A DNA stretch of 32,000 nt, from the NCBI RefSeq assembly GCF_000021865.1, contig NC_014034.1:1080001-1112000 (forward strand), written 5' to 3'. The notes beneath the pieces are model-generated. The model was not told the DNA's origin. It saw only the letters and a program-made list of their open reading frames with translations, and searched no databases. A program made the position numbers and the translations under genes. This document shows positions 23,988-32,000 of the stretch, piece after piece (position 1 is the first letter of the stretch; the number at the start of each line of letters is the position of its first letter). The DNA comes from Rhodobacter capsulatus SB 1003 (GTDB lineage Bacteria; Pseudomonadota; Alphaproteobacteria; Rhodobacterales; Rhodobacteraceae).

Positions 23988-25248
23988 GCGGCGTCTCGTC
24001 GGTCAGGGGGGGATCGAGCAGCGGAAAGGCGATCTGCACCTCGGCGCCGGTGGGGGTGTTGCGCAGCTCCATCCGCCCGCCCAGACGGTCGATCGCATTG
24101 CGCGCCAGAAACAGCCCGAGGCCGCGCCCCGGCGCCCCGGACCCGGTCACGAAAGGCGCGGCCGGGCCGGTCAGGACGAAATCGGGAAAGCCCGGGCCGC
24201 GGTCGGTCAGGCTCAGGATCATCTGCCCGCCCCGGCCCAAGAGCTCGGCCGCGACCGTGCCCGGGGCGGCGCTTTCGGCATTGTCGAGCAGGTTGATCAG
24301 CGCCGCTTCCAGCACCGGGGCCGAGAGCATCCGCGCCCCGCGCAGGCTGGCGCCGGCCACCACCGGCACCCGCGACCGGCCCCGCGCGCCGCTCCAGAGC
24401 GCCAGGATGCGCCGGATTTCGGCTTCGGCGGGCACGGCGGCGGCGGCTTCCAGACGTTCCCGCCCCGCCGCCCGCAAGGTGCGCGACACGATCGCCCGGC
24501 AGCGGTGCAGCTGCGCGATCATCCGGTCCAGCTCGGCTTTCGCCGCCGGGCCCTCGGGCGGGCCGACCTCGGCCCAGTCGTCGAGCGTGACCGCAAGCGT
24601 GGTCAGCGGCGTGCCCAGCTCATGCGCCATCCCCGAGGCCAGAAGGCCAAGCCCCGCCAGCTGATCGGCCTCGGCCTTGGCCTTGCGCAGGGCCTCGATC
24701 GCGCGGGCGCGGGCGGCGGCGGCCAGCCGCAGCCGCAGCACGAACCAGGCCATCAGCGTCGAGGTCAGCACGAAGGCGGGCACAAGGGCGCTGCCCGGCC
24801 CGCCCGCGGGCGCGGGCACCAGCGTCACCAGCGCCCAGACCGACAGGTTCGACACCAGATAGATCGGCAGCGCCGCCGCCGGGGCGCAAAGCGACAGCGC
24901 CAGCAGCAGCGGCACCAGAAGCAGCACCACGAAGGGATTGGCCGCCCCGCCCGAAAGCGCCAGAAGCGCCGCCAGCGACAGCGTGTCGATGCCCAGTTGC
25001 GCCGCCAGCACGGCATCGGGCGGGCGCCGGTCGCGGCGCAGCGACGCCGCGATGATCAGGTTGAACCCCACCAGCCCGGCGATGATCAGCGCCATCCGCT
25101 CCAGCGGCAGCGGCAGGCCCAGAACGCGGGCGGCAAAAAGCGTCGCGAGGATCTGCGCCCCGATCGCCATCCAGCGGATCTGCACCAGCAGCAGGCCGGT
25201 TTCGCGCAGCGAGCGGTGCTCGGTTTCCTGGTCTTCGGCGCTCGGCAT
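23980..25248 (-). CDS. RegB/PrrB/ActS-family membrane sensor histidine kinase (422 aa)
   Basis: Multi-TM N-terminus containing GGAANPF (the GGXXNPF motif of RegB). H-box SGMAHELGTPLTTL. A Cys flanked by basic residues (LHRCRAIV), like the RegB redox box. ATP-lid motifs LLDNA...DRGPGF...GRGLGLF. Overlaps the response-regulator gene by 8 nt. Start set at ATG 25248; the track start at 25410 is a TTG. Confidence 0.8.
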   Translation of the reverse strand: MPSAEDQETEHRSLRETGLLLVQIRWMAIGAQILATLFAARVLGLPLPLERMALIIAGLVGFNLIIAASLRRDRRPPDAVLAAQLGIDTLSLAALLALSGGAANPFVVLLLVPLLLALSLCAPAAALPIYLVSNLSVWALVTLVPAPAGGPGSALVPAFVLTSTLMAWFVLRLRLAAAARARAIEALRKAKAEADQLAGLGLLASGMAHELGTPLTTLAVTLDDWAEVGPPEGPAAKAELDRMIAQLHRCRAIVSRTLRAAGRERLEAAAAVPAEAEIRRILALWSGARGRSRVPVVAGASLRGARMLSAPVLEAALINLLDNAESAAPGTVAAELLGRGGQMILSLTDRGPGFPDFVLTGPAAPFVTGSGAPGRGLGLFLARNAIDRLGGRMELRNTPTGAEVQIAFPLLDPPLTDETPHD

Positions 25249-25446
25249 CGGTCCGTTCGGGGCAGGGGGCGGCTGGGGGGGCTCTGGCAACCTGCCCGTT
25301 TCGCCGGTCCGGGGCAACCGGCAAGGCCGCGGAGCGGCGGCGGTCGGGCGCTTTTTGCCCGGGCGGTGAAAAAATGTCGCAGTTTCATTTGCCGTCTTGA
25401 CCAAGGTCAAGTTAGCTTGGGTGCGGATCTTCTAGTCAGGGCCGCA

Positions 25447-25887
25447 ATGCGCCTGAACCTGCCCCTCCTTGCCCGTCTGCGCCGCGGTTTCGCGGTTGGC
25501 CCGGGCTTTGTGCCCGCCCTCGTGTCGGGCCTGCTGGTGGTGGCGCTGCTTCTGTCCGGGGCGGTGCCGCAGGGGATGATGCGGGTTGCCGACGCCTACG
25601 GGCAGCGGCTGGTCCTGTGCACGCTTGATGGCCCGCATGACATCTGGATGCGGCCCGACGGCAGCTTGCAGGACCGCGCCCCCGCACCCGGGCAAAACCG
25701 CGACACCGGCAAATGCCTGCCGGTGGTGCTGGCGCTTGCGGCGGTGCAGCCCGATCTGGGCGATCTGCATCGCCGGGTCGATTTCGCCCGCTTCCGCCCG
25801 GTGCTGCGGGCCGCCGCGCGGATCCGCCCGCCGCTGCGCCTCGCGCCAGAGCCGCGCGCGCCCCCGTCCGGTCTCCGTCTCTCCTGA
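25447..25887 (+). CDS. Membrane-anchored small protein, DUF2946-like (146 aa)
   Basis: ATG 25447. Strong GC3 bias. N-terminal anchor (FVPALVSGLLVVALLLSGAV) followed by LVLCTLDGPHDIWMRPDG...GKCLPVV, which resembles DUF2946 proteins found next to metal-uptake genes. It is the 3' part of a much longer spurious track ORF. Confidence 0.45.
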   Translation: MRLNLPLLARLRRGFAVGPGFVPALVSGLLVVALLLSGAVPQGMMRVADAYGQRLVLCTLDGPHDIWMRPDGSLQDRAPAPGQNRDTGKCLPVVLALAAVQPDLGDLHRRVDFARFRPVLRAAARIRPPLRLAPEPRAPPSGLRLS

Positions 25888-25971
25888 CCCTCGCAAGGCC
25901 CGGCCCCCGGCGCCTGCGCTTTCCTGCGACCGGCGCCCCGGCGTACCGGTCCCCCATTCCCGGAGACAGAG

Positions 25972-27078
25972 ATGAAACTTGCCTCTTTTGCGGTTCTGGC
26001 CGCGCTTTTGCTGGGCCCTGCCGCGATCCCCGGCCCCGCCCGCGCCCATGACATGATCACCGATCTGGACGGCCGGACGGTGATGATCCACGCCGTGCCC
26101 AAACGCGTCGCGCTGGGGTTTTACTACGAAGACTATCTGGCCGTGACCGGCCCCGAAGGCGCCGCAAAGATCGTGTCGCTGTCGCGCGCGCCCTGGGCCG
26201 ACTGGCGGCCGCAGCAATGGGCCGCCTATGTGAAGGTCTTTCCGGCGCTCGAGACGCTGCCCGATTTCGGCAATGCCGATGACAACAGCTTTTCGGTCGA
26301 GGCGCTGATCGCCTCGAAGCCCGAGGTGGCGCTGCTCTCGACCTGGCAGACCGCGGCGATCGGCGCGGCGGGGGTGAAGCAGATCGAGGATGCGGGCATC
26401 ACCCTTGTCGCCCTTGATTACAACGCGCAGACGCTGGAACGGCACCTGCTCTCGACCCGCATCCTCGGGGCGGTGATGGGGCAGCCCGAACGGGCAGAGC
26501 AGCTGGCCGGGATCTATGCGGCAAAGACGCAAGACACGCTGGCGCGGATCGCCAAGGCCGGGCCCTCGCATCGCAAGGTCTATGTCGAACTGGCGCAAAA
26601 AGGCCCCGACGAGATCGGCAACACCTATGGCAAGGGCATGTGGGCGGCGGTGATCGACCTGGTCGGCGGCGACAATATCGCCAAGGGGCAGATCGAGAAC
26701 TGGGGGCCGCTTTCGCCGGAATATGTGCTGGCCAGCCAGCCTGACGTGATCCTGCTGGCCGGGTCGGAATGGAAGAACAAGCCGCAGGCGGTGATCCTGG
26801 GCTTTGGCGCGACCGAGGCGGCGGCGCAGCCGAAGATGGCGGCCTATGCGACGCGGCCCGGCTGGGCCGATCTGCCGGCGGTGAAACAGCGCGAGGTCTA
26901 CGGGATCTATCACGGCGGCAACCGCACGCTGTCGGATTTCGTCTATGTCCGCACCGTCGCCAAGGCGCTTTATCCCGAGGCCTTCGCCGATGTCGATCCG
27001 GCGGCAGAGCTGCGCGCCTATTATCAGGCCTGGCTGCCGGTGGTCCCCGAGGGCGTCTTCGTGACGAAACTGCAATGA
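25972..27078 (+). CDS. Periplasmic substrate-binding protein, FecB/FepB/BtuF (siderophore/cobalamin-type) family (368 aa)
   Basis: Signal peptide MKLASFAVLAALLLGPAAIPGPARA. Family-typical layout (...PKRVALGFYYEDYL...EALIASKPEVALLS...PDVILLAGS...WADLPAVKQREVYGI). GGAGA RBS. Confidence 0.85.
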   Translation: MKLASFAVLAALLLGPAAIPGPARAHDMITDLDGRTVMIHAVPKRVALGFYYEDYLAVTGPEGAAKIVSLSRAPWADWRPQQWAAYVKVFPALETLPDFGNADDNSFSVEALIASKPEVALLSTWQTAAIGAAGVKQIEDAGITLVALDYNAQTLERHLLSTRILGAVMGQPERAEQLAGIYAAKTQDTLARIAKAGPSHRKVYVELAQKGPDEIGNTYGKGMWAAVIDLVGGDNIAKGQIENWGPLSPEYVLASQPDVILLAGSEWKNKPQAVILGFGATEAAAQPKMAAYATRPGWADLPAVKQREVYGIYHGGNRTLSDFVYVRTVAKALYPEAFADVDPAAELRAYYQAWLPVVPEGVFVTKLQ

Positions 27079-28127
27079 CCGCGATGCCCGTTCCCGTCCT
27101 TGCACGATGGCGGGCGCGGGCGGCACGGCAGGGGGGGGCGGTGCTGACCGCCGCCCTCGTGCTGGCCGCCCTTGCGCTGGCCGATCTGGTCACCGGCCCC
27201 TCGGGGATGTCGCCCGGCGCGGTCTGGCAGGCGGCGCTGGCGGGCCCCGAGGGGCTTGACCGCGCCGCCGCGACGATCTTCTGGCAGATCCGGCTGCCGC
27301 AGCTGGTGATGGGCGGGATCGTCGGCGCCTCGCTGGGTCTGGCGGGGCTCTTGATGCAGACGATCCTGGCCAATCCGCTGGCCTCGCCCTTCACGCTGGG
27401 GTTTTCGGCCGCCGCGGGCTTTGGCGCGGCGCTGGCGATCCTTTTCGGTTCGGTCGTCGCCCTGCCGCTGCCGGGCTGGCTGATCACCCCGGCCGCCGCC
27501 TTTGCCGCGACGCTGGCCGCCACCGCGCTGGTCTGGCTGGTGGCGCGGGCGAAAGGCACGGCACCGGAAATCCTGGTTCTGGCCGGGATCGCGGTGATGT
27601 TCTTCTTTCAGTCGCTGCAATCGCTGATGCAGTTCATGGCCTCGCCCGAGGTGCTGCAGCAGATCGTGTTCTGGCTGTTCGGATCGCTGCTGAAGGCCAG
27701 CTGAAATTCGGTCGCGGTGTCGGGGGCGATCCTGATGCTGTGCCTGCCGCTTGTCGCGCGCGATCTGTGGGCGCTGACCGCGCTGCGGCTGGGCGAGGCG
27801 AATGCCGCCTCGCTGGGTCTGGATGTCGCGGCGCTGCGCCGCCGGGCCTTCCTGATCACCGCGCTGCTGACGGCGGGGGCGGTCAGCTTCACCGGCACCA
27901 TCGGCTTTGTCGGCCTGATCGCGCCGCATCTGGCGCGGGCGCTGGTGGGAGAGGACCACCGCTGGGCCGCGCCGATGGCGGCGATCGCGGGGGCGCTGAT
28001 CCTGATTGCCGCCTCGGTGACCGGCAAGATCCTGTCGCAGGGCGCGGCGATCCCGGTGGGCATCGTCACCGCGGTGGCGGGGATTCCGATGCTGATGGTG
28101 GTGATCTTGCGCCACCGCACCGTTTAG
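27075..28127 (+). pseudogene. FecCD/BtuC-family ABC permease interrupted by one in-frame TGA (27702..27704)
   Basis: ATG 27075 overlaps the upstream stop (ATGA). Track ORFs 26769..27704 and 27717..28127 are in the same frame. Read-through gives ...FWLFGSLLKAS*NSVAVSGAILMLCLPL..., with the stop at the position of the conserved Trp in the family motif GSL....W. Confidence 0.8.
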
Positions 28128-28136
28128 GGGAATGCC

Positions 28137-28883
28137 ATGCTGACACTTGATCTGCCCGCCCTGTCCCGCGGCGCGACGCCGGTTCTGGCGCCCTGCCGTC
28201 TGACGCTGGCCGCGGGCGAGGTGCTGGCCCTGGTCGGTCCGAATGGCGCGGGAAAGACCACGCTCTTGCAGGCGATCGCGGGGCTGGCGCCGGAACGGGT
28301 GCGCCGACGGCTGGGGAACGCCGATCTGGCGCGCGCGGAAATCGGCTTTCTGCCGCAGGCCTTTGCGGTGCGCGCGACGCTGACGGTGCTCGACTGCATC
28401 CTGCTGGGGCGGCGCGAGGCGCTGGGGCTGCGCGTCGCGCCGCGCCTGATCGCCGAGGCGGAGGCGCTGCTCCTGCGCCTTGGCCTGGCCGATCTGGCCG
28501 ACCGGCCGATGATCGACCTGTCGGGCGGCCAACAGCAGCGGGTGCTGATCGCGCAGCGCCTGTTTCGCCGCCCGAAGCTGCTGCTGCTCGACGAGCCGAC
28601 CTCGGCGCTTGATCTGCATCATCAGCTGGAGGTGATGGCGCTTTTGCGGGCCCAGGCGCAGGCGACGGGCGCGCCGGTTCTGGCGGCGCTGCACGATCTG
28701 AGCCTGGCGGCGCGCCATGCCGACCGGGTTCTGGTGCTGGCCGGGGGGCGGCTTCTGTCCGAGGGCCCGCCCGAGGCGGTGCTGACGCCGGACTGTCTGG
28801 CGCGGCACTGGCGCATCACCCCCGAGATCCTGCGCGACCGCGACGGCAAGCCGGTGATCGTGCCGCATCTGCCGTCCTGCTGA
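28137..28883 (+). CDS. ABC transporter ATP-binding protein, FecE/FepC type (248 aa)
   Basis: Walker [10 protein letters not shown], signature LSGGQQQRV, Walker [13 protein letters not shown]. Confidence 0.85.
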   Translation: MLTLDLPALSRGATPVLAPCRLTLAAGEVLALVGPNGAGKTTLLQAIAGLAPERVRRRLGNADLARAEIGFLPQAFAVRATLTVLDCILLGRREALGLRVAPRLIAEAEALLLRLGLADLADRPMIDLSGGQQQRVLIAQRLFRRPKLLLLDEPTSALDLHHQLEVMALLRAQAQATGAPVLAALHDLSLAARHADRVLVLAGGRLLSEGPPEAVLTPDCLARHWRITPEILRDRDGKPVIVPHLPSC

Positions 28884-28885
28884 CC

Positions 28886-28928
28886 GGGCAGGGGCGATCG
28901 GGGCAGGGGGCGATCGGGGGGGCGATCA
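28886..28928 (+). repeat. G-rich imperfect tandem repeat (GGGCAGGGGCGATCG x about 3)
   Basis: gggcaggggcgatcg / gggcagggggcgatcg / ggggggcgatca, in the convergent gap between the ABC ATPase stop (28883) and the nikO stop (28926). It has at least five runs of three or more G. Confidence 0.7.
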
Positions 28929-29690
28929 GGGGGCGGTGCCGTCAAATCCGGGCAGCAGCCGGGCCCGGCGCAACAGCGCGGTCCTGGCCAGAACCTCGGC
29001 GGCCGGTCCCGCGGCCGCCACCTTGCCCGCCTCCAGCACCACGACATGATCGGCGATCCGCGCCACCAGATCGAGATCATGGCTGGAAAAAATCAGCGTG
29101 CGCCCCGGGTTGCGGGCGCCGAATTCGGTTTCCAGCAGCGCCGCGATGTCGTCGGTCGCCTGCGGGTCAAGCGCCGCGGTGGGCTCGTCCAGCAGCAGCA
29201 CCTCGGGATCGAGGATCAGCACCGAGGCCAGCGCCACCCGCTTTTTCTCGCCGCCCGACAGCCGGTGCGGCGGACGCCCGGCCAGCGGGCCAAGGCCGAA
29301 TTGCGCGATCGCCCGGGCCACGCGGGCGCGGATGCGCTCCTTTGGCCAGTGCAGCTGCAGCGGTCCGAAGGCCAGTTCGTCGAAGACCGAGGGACAGAAA
29401 AGCTGCACCTCGGGGTTCTGGAACACGAAGCCCACCCGGCGGCGAAAGGCGATGGCGGCGGCCTCGTCTGTAAACATCGCCTCGGTCAGCGGCGTGCCGA
29501 ACGCCGAAATCCGCCCCGCCGCGGGGAACTGCAGCCCGTCGAGCAGCCGCAGCAGCGTGGATTTGCCCGAGCCGTTCGCCCCCAGAAGCGCCGTGCGCCG
29601 CCCCAAGGGCAGCGTCAGATCCAGGCCGTTCAGCGCGGGCACGCCCTTGTAGGCGAACTGCACGCCCTGCAATTCGAAGGCGGGGGTCAT
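28926..29690 (-). CDS. nikO: ECF-type Ni/Co transporter ATPase (CbiO/NikO), 254 aa
   Basis: [32 protein letters not shown]. It is the last gene of an M(N)-Q-O operon. The nickel assignment rests on the NikR-type operator upstream. Confidence 0.8.
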
Positions 29691-30541
29691 GGCCAGACAC
29701 TCCCGGCCCAGACCACCCCGGCAAGGATCGCCGCCGCCAGCACCAGCGCCCCGCCGTCGCGCGGGCGAAAGCGGAAATCGTCGATCAGATGCACCTCGCC
29801 GCGCCAGCCGCGGGCGAGCATCGCCAGATGCACCTCGCTCGACAGCGCCAGCGCGCGTTCGAACAGCGCCCCGGCGATGCCGGTGGCCAGACGGCGGGCC
29901 TCGGCGGGGGAGAGCCGCCCGACCAGACGGCTGCGCCGCGCCTCGAACAGATCCAGCGCCAGATCGGCCAGCACGAAGATGTAGCGATGCGTCATGCCAA
30001 GGATCATCACCGCCGCCCGCGGCACCCCAAGGCAGCGCAGCGCCTTGAGCACCTGCGGCCAGGGCGTCGTCAGCACCAGCGCCAGAGCCAGCGTGGCCGT
30101 GGTCTCGGACCGTCCGGTCAGGAACGCCGCCGCGCGCAGTCCCTGTTCGGTGATCGCCAGACCGAAGGGCAGCGAAAGGACCGGCGTGCCGGGCACGAGG
30201 ATCAGCGCGGGCAGTGCGATCATCCCGGTAAAGCCCAGAACGACGATCCAGACCTGACGGGCCAGCCGGGCAGGAGAGATCTGCGACGCCGCCGCCAGCG
30301 CGGTGGCCAGCACGAACAGCGCCAGCAGCACCAGAAGCGACCGGGTGGCCACCGCCGCCAGGATCAGCGCGAAGGCCCCGGCCACCTTGGCGCGCGGGTC
30401 AAGGCCCTGCAGCAGGCCCGGGCGCTGCGCCAGACCGGCGGCCTCCTCGGCGTGCTGCATGAGGCCGCGAACCCCCGCGCCAAGGCGCCCGATCCGGTCG
30501 GGCGCAGGCGCGCGGGCATGGACGACAGAAGGGTCGGTCAT
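29687..30541 (-). CDS. nikQ: ECF transporter transmembrane T component (CbiQ/NikQ), 284 aa
   Basis: Polytopic membrane protein between the M and O components. ATGA overlap with nikO. ATG 30541. Confidence 0.75.
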
Positions 30542-30551
30542 GCGCCGGGGC

Positions 30552-31595
30552 TCAGCCCGCGCGCCGGGTCAGTGCCCGCAGACCCGCGCTCAGCCCGATC
30601 CCGGCCACGATCAGCGCCACGCCCAGCAGCGCCGACAGCACATAGCCAAGCGGCGCGTTCTGCACGAAGGCGGGGGCGTAATCGGGCAGCGGCGCCGACC
30701 AGAGCTCGGCAAGCCGCGCGAACCCGCCCGGCAGCCCCGCCGGAGGGGCGACCCCGCCCGAGGCCCCGGCCATCGCGGCCCGGCCCGCCTCGGAGGTGAA
30801 ATCCTCTGCGCCCCATTCGCCCCAGGCCGTGCCCGCGGCGATCAGCCCGAGCGGGCAGAGCACGACAAGCGCGCCGATCCCCGCCCAGAGCCGCAGGTGG
30901 CGCTCCGGCGCGGCGGGGGCCCGCCGCGGCGCCAGCAGCTCGGGGTTGCTGCGCTGCAGCCAGGCGACAAGCCCGGCGGTGACGATGAACTCGGCCGCGC
31001 CGGCGATCGTCAGATGGGTCAGCGCCATGGCGGGCACCGCGACCGACAGCGGATAGGGCGCATAAAGCGGGGCCCCGGCGGCATCGTGGAAAAACAGCGG
31101 CTGGACGCCGAATTCGACCGCCGCCAGCAGCGCCGCGGCGTTCAGCCCCGCATAGCTCGCCAGCCCGGCCATGATCACCCGCCGCCGCGACCCGATCGCC
31201 GCCCCCCGCGTGCCAAGCGCATAGACCGCCGCGGCGACCATCGGCCCGACCACCGCCATGTTCAGGCAATTGGCGCCAAAGGCGGTGATGCCGCCATCGC
31301 CAAAGAAGATCGCCTGGATCAGCAGCGCCACCGAGATCGCCGGCACCGCCGCCCAGGGGCCGAGAAGCACCGCCGCGATGCCGATCCCCGCCGCATGGGC
31401 CGTCGTGCCGCCCGGAATCGGCAGGTTGAACATCATGATCACGAAGCTGAACGCCGCGACCAGCGCAACCAGCGGCAGATGCTGCCCGTTCAGGTCGCGG
31501 TCCAGCTTGCGCATCGACACATACCAGAACGGAACCGTGGCCGCGAAGGTGACGGCACAGGTCACCGGGCTCAGATAGCCGTCGGGAATATGCAT
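30552..31595 (-). CDS. nikMN: Fused CbiM/NikM-NikN substrate-capture component, Nik(MN), 347 aa
   Basis: The N-terminus [10 protein letters not shown] is the CbiM/NikM hallmark. After about 220 aa of M-type TM core comes a C-terminal extension (...[12 protein letters not shown]...PLPDYAP...[18 protein letters not shown]) that resembles the NikN/PDGLE module. Confidence 0.85.
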
Positions 31596-31615
31596 CGCGG
31601 GATCCTCGGGTGGGG

Positions 31616-31643
31616 GTATGATTTTCAGATCATTTCGTCATAT
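31616..31643. promoter_or_regulatory. NikR-type operator GTATGA-N16-TCATAT
   Basis: Read directly. It matches the E. coli NikR operator GTATGA-N16-TCATAC at 11 of 12 half-site positions with exact 16-nt spacing. It lies 20 nt upstream of the nikMN ATG. Confidence 0.7.
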
Positions 31644-31657
31644 TCTTCTCCTGTCAA
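31629..31657 (-). promoter_or_regulatory. Candidate nik promoter TTGACA-N17-AATGAT (- strand)
   Basis: -35 TTGACA is the reverse complement of 31652..31657. -10 AATGAT is the reverse complement of 31629..31634. The -10 lies inside the NikR-type operator. Confidence 0.55.
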
Positions 31658-31688
31658 GAAATTCGACGCCGCCCGCCGCGCCCGGCGG

Positions 31689-32000
31689 TCAGACCTGTGC
31701 CTGATCCTTCAGATGGATCTCGGCGATGGCCACGCCAAGCGAGCCCCAGCAGGACAGGAAGCTCAGCACGCCAAGGACCGCCGCCGGGATCATGTAGGTG
31801 CTCTTGTTCAGGGCCGGGATCGCCAGGAACCGCAGCGCCTGGCCGGGAACAAGGTTCAGAATGCCCCGGCTGAACGCCAGCTTGTTGCGCGTCGTCTGCT
31901 CCTGATTGGCGAAATGCACCGAGAGCATGATCAGATAGGCCACCCCCCAGGCGGTCTGGGTCAGCTCGCCGGTGGTGATCTTCGCCTCGCCGGTGATCCA
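31689..32000 (-). CDS. Membrane protein, C-terminal part only (open to the window end), function not recognised
   Basis: The frame is open from 32000 down to the stop at 31689: ...WITGEAKITTGELTQTAWGVAYLIMLSVHFANQEQ...YMIPAAVLGVLSFLSCWGSLGVAIAEIHLKDQAQV. It has hydrophobic helices. A short GC hairpin (31673..31688) follows the stop. Confidence 0.5.
   Translation of the reverse strand, partial: WITGEAKITTGELTQTAWGVAYLIMLSVHFANQEQTTRNKLAFSRGILNLVPGQALRFLAIPALNKSTYMIPAAVLGVLSFLSCWGSLGVAIAEIHLKDQAQV

Noticed and set aside
23389-25446. The 5' two-thirds of the 832-aa + strand ORF 23389..25887
   Set aside because: It is antisense to the RegA/RegB-like genes, with extreme Arg/Gln/Pro/Gly composition. 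Only the last 146 codons (from ATG 25447), which fall in an intergenic position and have an anchor-plus-Cys-motif look, were kept as a possible gene.
25888-25971. Cobalamin riboswitch upstream of the BtuF/FecB-type transporter, and likewise upstream of the ECF transporter at 31596..31688
   Set aside because: Both leaders are under 100 nt, too short for a B12 element of about 200 nt. I see no B12-box-like sequence. The ECF leader carries a NikR-type operator instead.
27702-27704. Selenocysteine recoding of the in-frame TGA
   Set aside because: The codon aligns with a conserved Trp, not a Cys/Sec position. I see no obvious SECIS-like hairpin immediately downstream, and a membrane permease is not a plausible selenoprotein.
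27024-28868. A 614-aa ORF on the - strand. The same reasoning applies to 25432..27126 (-), 16893..18710 (-), 15848..17344 (-), 18798..19955 (+), 21549..23048 (+), 8754..9899 (+), 9646..10758 (+), 3477..4790 (+) and 5116..6288 (+)
   Set aside because: All are antisense to genes with strong family signatures (ABC components, EAL/GGDEF, PHP, ugp, ParB, Gam, MuB). All have Arg/Pro/Gly/His-rich low-complexity translations. They are shadow ORFs.
28886-28928. Possible CRISPR-like or other array
   Set aside because: Only about three contiguous 15-16-nt G-rich units with no spacers. There are no cas genes in the window. I called it a simple tandem repeat.

Overview
High-GC (about 65%) alphaproteobacterial chromosome, Rhodobacter-like by gene content; the organism call is an inference. 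There are three blocks. (1) 1..~13.9 kb is the left arm of a Mu-like transposable prophage, read right to left. It carries an S24/LexA-type repressor (+ strand), then on the - strand Ner, accessory small genes, a ParB-like protein, MuA transposase, MuB ATPase, Gam, a phage-encoded HU, GemA, Mor and the start of a GH24 endolysin. Nearly all early genes are joined by ATGA/TGATG stop-start overlaps. Between the repressor and the prophage end lies a four-gene + strand operon of unknown function. It has its own near-consensus promoter with an embedded palindrome. This is my best candidate for an undescribed lysogen-expressed module. (2) ~13.7..15.9 kb is a lower-GC, ORF-poor scar. It holds candidate Mu-type terminal repeats, a triplicated 10-mer with a perfect hairpin, and two different DDE transposase fragments fused head to head. 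One fragment is broken by two related 38-nt palindromic insertions. (3) 15.9..32 kb is host DNA. It holds a PHP phosphoesterase and an EAL-CBS-GGDDF protein, ugpBAEC, and a RegB/RegA-like two-component pair. It also holds a DUF2946-like gene and a FecB/FecCD/FecE-type ABC importer whose permease has an in-frame TGA at a conserved Trp. Last is nik(MN)QO, preceded by a near-perfect NikR operator that overlaps a TTGACA-N17-AATGAT promoter. I found no rRNA, tRNA or CRISPR array. Many long ORFs in the track are antisense shadow ORFs typical of high-GC DNA. All homology statements come from reading the translations by eye, not from searches.
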